Positions 1-11,818 of a DNA stretch of 64,000 nt are shown here, piece by piece. The stretch's first letter is position 1. Each line of letters starts with the position of its first letter. The position numbers and the translations under genes are program-made. The DNA is from the human T2T-CHM13v2.0 reference genome, Homo sapiens, in the NCBI RefSeq assembly GCF_009914755.1, contig NC_060942.1; one strand, given 5' to 3'. Below the pieces are notes generated by a model that saw only the letters and a list, made by a program, of their open reading frames with translations, had not been told where the DNA came from and did no database searches.

Positions 1-1129
1 ATCCCTTAACTCTGTGAAGGAGGTAAATGCTGCAAAGCAACAAATGAGATCAAGAAATCCGTGAGCTATGATCTCTCTCCTCCTCTTCAGATCTAATCAT
101 ACAGATGAATAAATTGCTATGAAAATACCAAAAATAAAACTAAAAACAATGACTGAACCATTAAAACAAAAATCTCATGTACTCTGTGTTCAGGTAGGAA
201 GAAATTTAATTCCAGTCAGACCAGTTTCCTGTGATTTTTTCCCCTTTCATCTAAGATATTTTTAATGCTCAGAGGCATTATAATAGAAAAGCATGTATTT
301 TTGTCTGGTTTATACCCATCATCCTTACCATTACAACAAGACAAAAGCATTAAAGTAAAATTAATCATGTCAAAAGATTTTAGCAAAAACAAGTGAGACC
401 ATGCATAAAGCATCGCTTTGTCTAGTGTGAAGTCACGCTCTGATTAAAAACATATAATGAAAGTGAAAGTGATACATCATTGCCTTAGCAGTAGGGTTTT
501 CTGAAAGTGCTTTGCGGTTCTCAACATAAAAATGTGGGAACATTATGGTCTTCGAAACTCACAAAGGTTATTGTTCTAGCTAAATAACTAGAATTCAATC
601 TCAATGTTTTAAAAAAATAAATTAAGACTTAATGACCAAACAAGGCAGGTCGGTAGGATTAATAATTAGAACACGCTGTGAGAAGCGGTCGTCTGCCTTG
701 ACAACCAGACACAGAGGTATGAAAGTGTCTGCTCAGCACTCCCCTTTCACAAAACCATCCTTAATCCCAGCTAAATGTGGCCAGGTCCTTAAGGTATCAG
801 CACAGCTCCTTGCTCCATCGGAAACACTTAATGAATAGAAAGGTTTGACTGTAGAGTAATCATACACTCCCCAGCAATGGAGTCAATTTATGTATGATCC
901 ACAAAACCAAAAATTCTAAGTGGCTGGCTATTCCTAAAATGTAGGTTTAGTTAATGATGTCACCATAGAGTCATCTCATGGATTTGAAAAGAAACAGTTT
1001 ACTTATTTGTACTTTGCCTTCATTACGTCTTTATTTTGATGGGGATATGTGTACATAATAATTGCTCTCCAAAATTATCTTTCTATTTGTTTTGTTGTTG
1101 TTGTCATGTTGAGAGTCATTTAGGGCTAC

Positions 1130-1410
1130 TGTCCTTAGCATACTAATGCAGGAGCAGAAAACCAAATACTGCATGTTCTCTCTTATAAGTGGGAGCTAAA
1201 TGATAAAAACTTATGAACTCAAGGAAGGAAACAACAGAGACTGGGGTCTACTTGAGGGGGAGGGTGGGAGGAGGGAGAGGAGCAGAAAAGATAGCTATTG
1301 GGTACTGAGCTTAATACCTGAGTGATGTAATAATATGTACTGTGACATGTATTTATATATGTAACAAACCTTCACATGTACCCCCAAAGCTAAAATAAGA
1401 GTTGAAAAAG
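1130..1410 (+). mobile_element. LINE-1 3' end fragment (older L1PA type)
   Basis: cagaaaaccaaatactgcatgttctctcttataagtgggagctaaatg...G-rich tract...gtaacaaaccttcacatgtaccccc...aaaataagag matches an L1 3' UTR. Confidence 0.85.
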
Positions 1411-1634
1411 AAGTCGTTTCAGCTGTTTTTTTAAATGAGGTCTCTCTAAATGTTGAAAACCATCCTGTTCTATGAGATCTACGTGTATATATCTATATAA
1501 ATAATTTATATATATACATATTTGCATAACTATATTTTAGATGTATAATAGTTTACATACAATAAATACTAGAAACAAGGACAATTGTATAAACTCAGAC
1601 ATATTAAAAATATCTGAGGGAAATCAGACTTTTA

Positions 1635-2061
<427 letters not shown>

Positions 2062-2194
2062 CTATGTAGGAAGTGATAGAAAGATACATAGAACAATTGT
2101 ATTCTGACTAATAACTTCCCCTCACAGGAGAAGTGAGAATATCTTGCATGTGACAAGAAGAGTGAAACAAGTATTTGGGAACATAAGGGTGCAC

Positions 2195-4283
2195 TGTTGT
2201 AAACATTAGGGGCTAGTAAATATTTTGATTATCCACCTTCTGAGATCTTGGGAGGATTGCACTTTTCCAGCCACTTTGAAATTAGATGTGGCTGAGCAAT
2301 TTGTTTTTGCTGATACGCCATGTTATTCAGGGCAGAAATTTCAAGAGTCAGTGTGACATTTCCTCTTCTCTGCCATGAAAATGGTGACATGTCAAATAGT
2401 GGAGTCTATCAACCTGAGGACTAGAATGAGAAGATGTGGAACAGGCTCCCAGTTAACCTGCCATAGACATGTGACATGAAAAGAAATAACTATTTACTTA
2501 CATAAACCACTAAGATTTGGGATTGTTGTCACCGCCTAACCCGACTGATACAGGTGCTGGTACCAAGAAGGTCCAGTGGCTGATAAGGAAACTGAGATAG
2601 AAGAGTAGAAAGACAGAAATGGATATCATGGTGAGAAAAATCACTGGGTACAACTGTTATTTGCTCTTACTTGGAAGGCTAATCAGTTATTTAATGAACT
2701 TCCACCTCCAAGGGAAGAGGTTGAAAACAGAATGCTGATTGTATGTGTTGGTTGCTGTTGGCTGGACTTGGCAAGATTTACAAAAAAGAGATGATCTCAG
2801 AAAAAGCTGGCCCATTTATGAGCAGTATTGAAAGGAAACAGAGTCCAGAAATCTAGGGTGTGTAGCCTTGGAAGACTGATGTTTTTCAATTTCATCTGGT
2901 AAGGTAAGTTAAAACTCAGCTTAGTGGAGAGAAAAAATTAAAGGTGTGACTTTCACAGTACTTTCACTGAGTTGGGATGTTTTAGAAGAAAGTTCCAATT
3001 AAGGCTGAGACAACCACCAGTAAATTCTAAAAATTCAGAGAAAAGAGTAAAAAGGAAACTTTCCCACTGAAGTCTTATAGACACAGAAATATAAAGAATA
3101 TTAGATGGTGGTGGTGTGTGTGTGTGAGAGAGACAGAGAGAGAGAAAGAGAGAGAAAGGAGAGAGAGAGAGAGAGAGAGAGAAGGACACAAGAAGACAAA
3201 GGAAAAAGCAATCTGAGAAGTTTATCAGAAAAGAAATGTAGCATGGTCACCGGCCTTGGAGTAGCTGGAAACATAAGAAAACAGCAAAGTTTTCTTGAGA
3301 GTTAATTGCTGAAAGAACTGCTAGCCTTGAGTAAAAGAAGCTGTTGACAATTTTATACCTAAAACCACTATGGTCCTCTAAGTGTTTATAGACATGGAAT
3401 GTACTTAGAAAACTCTTCCGCTCCCAGGAAGAGCATATTCATCAGGGTCACTTCAGACATGGCCAATGAAGATAACAGGAAAAGAAGGATCTCCCACAGG
3501 GAGAAGCAGGGGGCATGGGAAAACAAAAAAAATAATGAACAGAATTGGGCAGAACCCTAATCAAGGAACACAACCCACCTCTTGGATAGGTGCCCTTCAT
3601 AATGTCTATTTGGTAGAATTGCTAAATTGCTACGGTCTTTCCAAATGAACGTGTTTACTGGGGTGATCCTGTCCCTATTCCATCATGGTGCATTATGTGT
3701 GAGGGACCAGATAATTTCTCTTTAGTTTATTCATTCCGGGTCAAGAGGAGTCTCAAATCAGCTTGATGTTGGGATGACTATTCTTCTCACCCAGAGGTCC
3801 TCCACAATGAGCTTGATGATTTTGGGTAATCTCCCCTTGGAGGAGAGGTGAGAGCGCTTTGAGCACAGCAGAAGAATACACTGAATATTTGATGTCTAGT
3901 AGTATAATTATGATAGTCACATTGTGTTGTTTGAAAATTCTCTGGTTTTCCTCCTTCTGAACTCTGGTGAGCTTGCACTTTCCTGCTTCCCTGAAATGGG
4001 GTGTGGTCCTGTGACTGAGAAGAAATGATATATGTCACTTTTAATCACCAGTGCAAGACACTGCAGCTCTTTCTTCTCCCTGCTGCATCCATGATGGAGA
4101 TGCATGTCAAGATGGAGCCCCCACATGCCTGGATCCCTGAATGACTCTGTGGAGCAGATGCCCTCTATCAACCTGTGTTGGACATGTAGAATAAGCAAGA
4201 AATCATTTTCTCTTGTCAGTTTAAGCTCCTGAGACTTTTGGAGTTATTACCGCAGCATAATCTAGCTCATCCTGACTGATACA
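2195..4283 (+). mobile_element. ERVL-MaLR element (MLT1I/J-like): LTR ~2195-2552, internal region, LTR ~3911-4283
   Basis: Two similar segments in direct orientation, both with ttgcactt...tggaNcag...gacatgt...agaaat...gagatttgg/gagacttttgg and ending gactgataca; ~1.35 kb between them, typical of MaLR internal length. Confidence 0.7.
3114..3182. repeat. (TG)n(GA)n compound microsatellite
   Basis: Directly visible. Confidence 0.9.
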
Positions 4284-5169
4284 CATAAACTTCATGCTAG
4301 ACATAGAGATTTCATTCTGAATCAAAGTGTGTCTTCTTTCTCAAACTTTAGATGAGCAGAAGATAAGATTCAATATTTTGGTTTTCTTTATTTTGTTAAA
4401 AAATAATGCAAAGTTAGCAAAAATAGAATAAAAATGTATTGAGGAACAACTCTATTCCAGATCCTGAGCCTGGACATTTATGTGTATTATTTTATCTAAT
4501 TCTCACAATAACCCTGTGAGGTGAGTACAATTATCTTTAATTTGCAGATAAGATTAAAAGATCAGAGAGTAAGCAGTTTCCCAGAGTCACACGGTCAACA
4601 CACATCTTGTGTGTATTTCAATTCAGGTCTATCTGTCTCTAAAGATGTTACTCTGTGTGTGTGTGTGTGTGCGTGCACGCGCACACATGCTCTTTGATGC
4701 TATGTTGCTTCCAAGACACAGTTAAAATGTCAAAAAGTTGCATTGAATTGTGGCCTGTCCATAATCTTAAATGCAAATTTTGTCACTTACATGTCATAAT
4801 TTGCAATTTAGTCCATAAACCAAGATTATATTATTGACCTCTAAGAGTAGGTTATTATTTCAATTAGCCTATTCTAGCTCTATTCTATGAACATGGTACT
4901 ACCTCAAGTACATTGGATCCGTTTAGATTTTCGTGGGTGAAATGGGTCAGCACAGATTAAATTCCATTCATCTGCTTGGACTTTTTGACTAACGGCATCT
5001 TTTGGTGAGATGAATTGGTGTGGGATCTGGAGCAGCACAGTTAGATGGAACTACAGATACCAGTGTTCTATTCCTTACCCTGCCATTAAATCACTGTGTG
5101 ACCCTAGGTATATAGCACCTCCTCTCTTTGCATAACTTAAAGTAAAAGCCAAAATGAAAAAATTGTGAG

Positions 5170-5650
5170 CCTGCCATTGAAGTTCCTGTATGGCCTGGTC
5201 TCTGCCAGTGTCTTTAGCCACATCTCCTATCTGTTTCCCCCTCACTCTTTGAGTTCAGCCACGCACCTTCTTTTTGCAGCATCTTTGCCTTTACTGTTAA
5301 CTAACCTGGAGCAATCTTATCTCACATCTTCACCTGGGCACTGCCTAACTCCTTCTTATCCTTCAGTTGTCAGTGCAAATGCCATTTCTTTAGTAATATT
5401 CCCCATGACTCCTTGATTAGATCAGGACTCTCCACTGCCAGATCTTATATATTTTATACCCTTCTCTCAGAGCACTATCACATTTTCTTATTATATATTG
5501 CTACCTGGGATTATTTATTAATGCTGGTTTCCCTCTCTAAACTATTAACATGGTGATATTTGTTTTGGCTCAGCGTGGTATCCTCTGTGCTTAGCACAAT
5601 CTCTGTTACATAGAAGATACCAATTATATTTGTTAAATGAATGAAATGAG
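5170..5650 (+). mobile_element. LINE-2 3' fragment
   Basis: Pyrimidine-rich L2 body ending tgtgcttagcacaat...atatttgttaaatgaatgaaatga. Confidence 0.65.
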
Positions 5651-6399
5651 TGTGTAAAATGAGAGGGTTGGGCATTGAGATCATTTATTCTTTCAGTACT
5701 TACATTCAATGATTTGCCAGACTTAGTCTGTAATTTGCCCAGGAATGACACACAGCAAATTTAAACAGCCCGCATGACTCATACCTCCTTCATTTCAGAT
5801 TCAGTAGCACATACCACAGCTTATGTCTAAAGAAGGTATCAGAATTATTTGTACACATGCTGTTCTCTGGAGAAAAAACAATTGCTATATTCAAGAGAGG
5901 TATAAGCCAGAAATAAATGAGAGATGGCCAAAGAAGGTCAACCAGTTTTTCTAGGTACCCAGCTTCCTTGAAATACAGTATTTGGAGTGACCACCACACA
6001 TATTTTCTTAAAAATCTATGAAAAATCCACTAATGCACTGGTGCATGAATACACAGTAGCAAATAATTCAAGATATATAGCAATGTGCAGCCATGTATCT
6101 CAAATTAGAATTGAGCTCATTGAAGGTAAAATTAGATGCTAACATATTTAAAAAGTCCAAACACAATTGTCTCTCCTTCTTTGTCCAAAGCCATGGAAAC
6201 GATTGCTCCATGCTCTGAAACAAAAAATTCCAAGCTAAGAGAGATCAACTGCTATGATATTGTATATAATATTTAGATCCCTGTTTTTTTCAGTAACCCT
6301 GAAAACAAAAAATAGAGGGGTATCCCTACTTGCAATTCTTAATTCTTGAACCTGTCTTGATAATTCCTTGAAATAGTCTCCATGTGATATGGTTCTTGG

Positions 6400-6812
6400 T
6401 TAATTCTGCAGCCCCATTGCTTACTAGTCCAACTTCAGATTTTCCTATAGATACACAAATTTATTTCAGTTGCCAAAAGACACTATACTCCCTCTTGTCT
6501 TTTGGCATTCTCAATACTGGGTGGTCTTACTAAAATACTTTTCCATCTACCTTTTGCCTAGGTAATTCCTACCCATTTTTTCAGAGTTACAGATGGTCAC
6601 TTCTAGGAAAGCTTTCCTAACCTCTCATGTTAACTTTAGGGGCTCATTTTTGTGTTCCCATAGCACCCTAGAATTTCTGTATGTATCTCTTAGCACCCTG
6701 TATTATAATTACTTCCTTAGGTTATTGAGAGGAGAGATTATCTTATGCATGTTCTATCCTACCATCCAACACAGAGTGGGTATTCAATAATTGCTTATTA
6801 CATAAAGGAATG
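6400..6812 (+). mobile_element. LINE-2 3' fragment
   Basis: ttctaggaaagctttcctaac...cacagagtgggtattcaataattgctta resembles the L2 3' end. Confidence 0.55.
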
Positions 6813-9405
6813 AGGTCTATAAATAAGTCTAAATTCTTCCTAGGCATTTTCAGAGTCGTTCAAAAGTACCTCATTGTTTTCTGAAGTTCTCCTGCAATGA
6901 GAAACACACTATCTATGAACCCTACCTACCTGTCTATAAATAACATTAAATTAAATGGTTTGTGGGTTTTAGTTCTTGGTAATAAAGGTAATATGAATAA
7001 AGGAAACCCACAGGTACAAAGCCCTTAATTTAACTTACATTTTATTTTCTTCAAAACAAATAATGATAAATGATTATTAGGTTTTGACTAATTTTACTTT
7101 CCTCCCTTTATATCCTTAGGGAACAGAAATGAACTGAAATCAAGAAACAGAAGGGCCAAGGAAAGAAGTCCATTTGAATGTATCAACATGCAGGTTTATT
7201 AATTATTCCCTGAATAATCAACAACTAAACCATTCTGCATTGCTTGGCTATTGAATATGATCAAACCTATATTTATCATTTGGAACTGAAGTTCAATGTC
7301 TTATACAAGCTTTGTTTGCTCATGACTATTCCGTCACCATTTATAGAAAGTATAGTTTTTCAAAAGTGTGAAGAATCCACCAGCTTTCTGATCTTTGTGA
7401 CTCCTCTTAAAGAAATAAATAACAACCAGACACAGGACCCCTCCTATCTGGATGGGATCAAGTTAAATGTCATCCGTGGGTCAGAGGAGACAACCTAGGA
7501 AACCACCACCCAACAGTTTCCTTTATTTTCCATGACTGAACACTAGAAAATTCCCAAATCCTTCCACTACAAAGAGAAAAGAGTTGTAAATCAACAGAAC
7601 GGAAGAGAAACAAAAAGGCATTTCCTCTATCTTTAACAAAGGGAACTTAGAGTTATCAAGAGAAGGAACACGACTTTCTACTTAGCTCCATAATTTTCAT
7701 TCTAATGTTATTAAAAAGAAGTCATCATTGGTACATGGAAGGATAAATCTATATTTTAAAGTCCCTCTTTTCTGTTGTTGGTCACAAAAGGCAACAAAGA
7801 AGCATCTAATAAATAGAATCTCTTATTTGAAACATTGGAAAAAGGATGCCAGCTCCTGGAAAATACCTTGCCCATCAGTAAAGAAATCGGTCCACAGGGA
7901 ATAAAAATGGAATGGAGAGCTCTCCAATGCTGCCCTATGGGGAGAAATAAAAGGGGTCTCCACATGTGGACTTCATAAAAACTTTGATATAAAAGAAATC
8001 TATTATCAAAAGTACACGGTAACCCCAGCAAGTGTTCTGTTTAATCTTTGCACAGAGGATTTAGGGCCTGCAAAGTGCAAGAGGCATGATGCATTGGCCA
8101 TTTTAGTATTCATGTCTCCTGTACTGCTTTCTAATAAGTTAAGATGAAACGGGAGACTGCGTGCAGGAGTGAGAGATGCAAGAAAAGCAGTACTGAGAAA
8201 TAAAGATGAACAAAAGTGCATCTTGACTTCCCTTTTATTATTAACAGGCGAGAGAACAACAATGCCAAACTTATAATGTTATTACTTAACACTTCACATT
8301 TACAAAAAGACGTTGCAGTCATTTTTACATGTTATTTCTCAATATTTTTCTGATAGAGGCTTTTCTTATAATCAGTTTTTATGATGATATATGAAATGAT
8401 TTTTCCAAAAAGGAAGATAAACATGCAGTCTGTGCCAGCATGTTACCAAAACAATCTTTTTGGTGAGAATAATTGTTTCCTTTACTGTTTGGGTAGGACA
8501 AACAACTGGTTGGCCGACTATTTGAATGTTGTTTTCTTCGTGTTATATAGACCCACTTTTTCACTCCTACTCCCCTCCACTCCATTCAACTCACTATTAC
8601 TTAAGTGTACCCCTTACATCGTATTTCTGAAATATAAATAACATAATAGGATAAGATCTAAAGAAAACTAGCCTTCCTCTTAATTCTTCTGTGATATAAG
8701 GTGTGTAAATGGAGTGGCACCCATGAGTGAGTATCTGTGCACCTGCCTGTAGGCTGGCCTCTTTCTAAGAGGAGCATGTCTGTGAGGCACACTGAGAAAT
8801 GTTTGCTCAACATAAGTGGGCAAAGTATGCTGAGATTCAGAAACTCCATCTACCTCATGTTTTAGGTGTCTGCTAGTTAGTTTGCATGGAGAAAGTCATT
8901 CAATAAATAAGTAGACCCCAAACCAGGGGACTGTCTCCTACCTTTAACTGTCATCCTCACCTCCATGACAAACTAGTTTGGTATTTCTTCTGGGGCAAAA
9001 GAATGGCAGTGGAAAGTTCTCCAATCCCTTAGGCTTTATTAGATTTGGGAAGAATCTGGGATTCTGATGAGAAAGATTTCTTCATTTATTATTAGATGGC
9101 CCAAAGCATAGCAATCTGTCAGTTGCCTCTTTCTGTTTTGCAGAATAAGGTATCTTAACAAAAAAAAAAAACCAAGCAGAAATTATCTAGGTAAACTTTC
9201 TACATTTCTTCAACAAATGTAAAAAATATGCCTTTACTTGGGGCCATATAGTCATAGTCTAGCAGGTAATAAACTATATATTTTTAAGTACAAGTTCCAG
9301 TGAAATGAACATTGTTAAGTAGAGTAAACATTTATTTCAAAGCCATAAGTATGTCTGAGTATTGAAAAAGGGTTCAAGATCTTTAAATATGTTCCCATTA
9401 TAAGA

Positions 9406-9411
<6 letters not shown>

Positions 9412-9441
<30 letters not shown>
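9412..9441. repeat. (CA)15 microsatellite
   Basis: Directly visible. Confidence 0.95.
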
Positions 9442-9442
<1 letters not shown>

Positions 9443-9946
9443 TTATTTCCTTCAACTTCAAATCTAATAAATAGAGTCAATAGATAGATACCCTTTTCTC
9501 TTTACTTCTTAATCTATAGATTATTAAATCTAACATGTGAAAACTATGGAGAATATGCTCCCTACTCTCGGGCAGTGGATTGAAGTGGTATGTCTGTTGC
9601 AGTGTTACTTGTCTGCATGGAGAGCTTGCATTGATTGACTGATGCCTCTAGGTGTAAAGGTACAGTCCTTATGCTAATGTTGATAGTGATGTTACAGTAA
9701 TAGCAATAGTACCTGCAACTTTTTGAGTGCATTCTATGTGCTAGATGATTTATAAACACAATTTTTATTTTAAAAATACTACAGTGACTTTCACAAAATT
9801 AAGAAACCATGACTCCAAATATTTATATGATTTTCTCAAGGTCCTGGATCTGGGTTTGCAACCAAGTCTGTCTGATTCAAAGTTCATGTTTTCTTCCTAC
9901 ATCCCTCCAAGCAGAGCGTTAATTCAGGCAATGTGAAAACTTGAAG

Positions 9947-10055
9947 TAAGGTGACCATATGTTCCAGTCTATACCTGTTGTCCTGGCATAATTAATAGAT
10001 TCCCCTTTCATGCTTGAAAATGCCCCAGTGTGGACAATGTTTAACAATCAACCTA
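9947..10055. mobile_element. MER94-like hAT-Blackjack MITE
   Basis: Ends taaggtgaccatat ... caatcaaccta; body tacctgttgtcctggcataattaatagattcccctttca matches recalled MER94. Confidence 0.65.
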
Positions 10056-11696
10056 TCTTTGAGCAAGGTTTAAAATCCACATAAGACTTTTCTAAGGTAT
10101 TGTTCACAATGCTTTAATTCATCTTTTTGTCTTTACTGAAGGGTGTCAAACAAGTAACAAATTGGACCTAGCTTTTTGTATTTGGGAAAACAAATGGATT
10201 TATGAATGAATATCATTTACTGGTTGGGTGTATTATCACTCTGTCATTTCTCTTTGAGAATCTTTTGTCCTTCCTCTTTTCTCTCTCCTCCTCCTAGTCT
10301 CCATGTTTCTTTCTATCCAGGCTTTCACTATTGGTCAAGTATTAAAAAATAAATTCCTTGGTTTTGCTTTAGCTTTTGTTTCTGACAAACCTTTAAAATT
10401 CAGCTTGGCCACTCACTCCGATGTTTAAACCACTACTAATGGTATTTTTGTCAAAAGAGAAATAAAAATCATTTTAAGACATCACTAACTTATTTTTCTT
10501 TCTTTCTTCTCCTTAATCTTGCTGCTACTATTCTACTACTTCTTTACTACAACCGTAGCGCATTGGTGTCCAGGGAGCTTTCTTGTTGCAGTTCCTGGAC
10601 AATGCTACTGCAGGTTTCACTGGGGGATGCCAGCTCCAAAATGTATTATTTCAAGCACCACCACACATGTCTCTGCTCCTCTACTGCTTTTATGGGTAAA
10701 CTGTTGTCCAGTTTCTATTATTTTAAAGGGCTTTCAGGAAGAGGGAAGGAAACGATTTTTGAAAAATAAACATGGTAAAATATATAACTGTTAAGACACA
10801 TGCAATAAGAAAATCTAACATTCACTTTTGTTGGTTTTAAATGTATGGCTTTGATTTATGGATTAAAATTGCTCATTTATTATTTTATCTATACAGCTCT
10901 GGGCAATTTTGACAGTTAAAATTTAGTTTTATTGACCAGTGCAGCCACTGTGCCCACGAGGGGACTGGTGCACACAGCCTGCTGCACTCAAGAAACGATG
11001 ATTTTTGATTCCATGAGTGAGTCCGATTGGGAATCATAACCGATATAACAATAAGTTCCAAATCTCAGTGCCCAAGGCAAGAGGTTTGCTGTAAAACACA
11101 ATCGCCCTTTAGGAAGGGGAGGAGAAGAATCCTGGGTAGAAGTTTGCAAGCACAATTTCATGCAGCTGGAATAGGCCACAAATATATCTGTCCATTCAAA
11201 CTATGCAGCAGTATAAGGGGACATTTCTCTAAAGACCCAGTTCCACAGACTAAATATTAATGAGCAAAAATGCCTAAAAAGCAACATGAATGTTAGTTAC
11301 AGAGACAGTGAACTAAACAACCATTTTGATGTGAGAAAATTTACTAGCGAACGCCATAAACCAACCTTTTGCTTTTCAATGAACAACAACAAAAAGAACA
11401 GAAGAATTTTGGGGGGAAGATCTTTGCTCCTCCCCCACACCCTCCATTGCAGCACATACAGAAACGTAAACCAGTACAGTGATTTTAGGCTAGGCCTACT
11501 CGACTACCAAATTGGCCACCTCTGCAATGTTAATTTAGTTTTTTACTCTAAATCCCCGGTGATACATAAACAAACCTCCAAAGGGGAACAAATCAATAAA
11601 ATGTCTAATTTGATTAACCATGTTTTCAAATTCATCAAGACAGCGCTAACCTGAAATAAATAGGTGAGTGAATAAATAAATAAATAATGCACTCAC

Positions 11697-11818
11697 TTGT
11701 GAGTATTTTCCATGTCTTCTTTTCATCGTCGTAATACTGAACCAAATTGCTGGGGAGCCGGTCCGGTCCAGGAGGCAGCCCTCCAACCAATAACAGCATT
11801 TTCTTGTTAGAGCGAATT
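11697..11818 (-). CDS. KLHL14: KLHL14 exon 3 (122 nt), start of Kelch repeat 1
   Basis: Joined to the exon 2 leftover AG it reads (R)IRSNKKMLLLVGGLPPGPDRLPSNLVQYYDDEKKTWKILT, with the Kelch hydrophobic-GG...Y.D...W pattern. Acceptor TTTTGGGTGAAG|A at 11819/11818, donor CAA|GTGAGT at 11697/11696. Phase matches exon 2. Not in the supplied ORF track in this frame. Confidence 0.95.

Noticed and set aside
641-700. Inverted repeat CAAGGCAG...CTGCCTTG suggesting a hairpin RNA
   Set aside because: Only 8 bp of perfect stem with a poorly paired interior; expected by chance in 64 kb.
10720-10755. Minus-strand acceptor-like site TTTCCTTCCCTCTTCCTGAAAG|CCC as an alternative last exon
   Set aside because: Would add only TL then stop; AAG acceptor and no other support, so not called as a feature.
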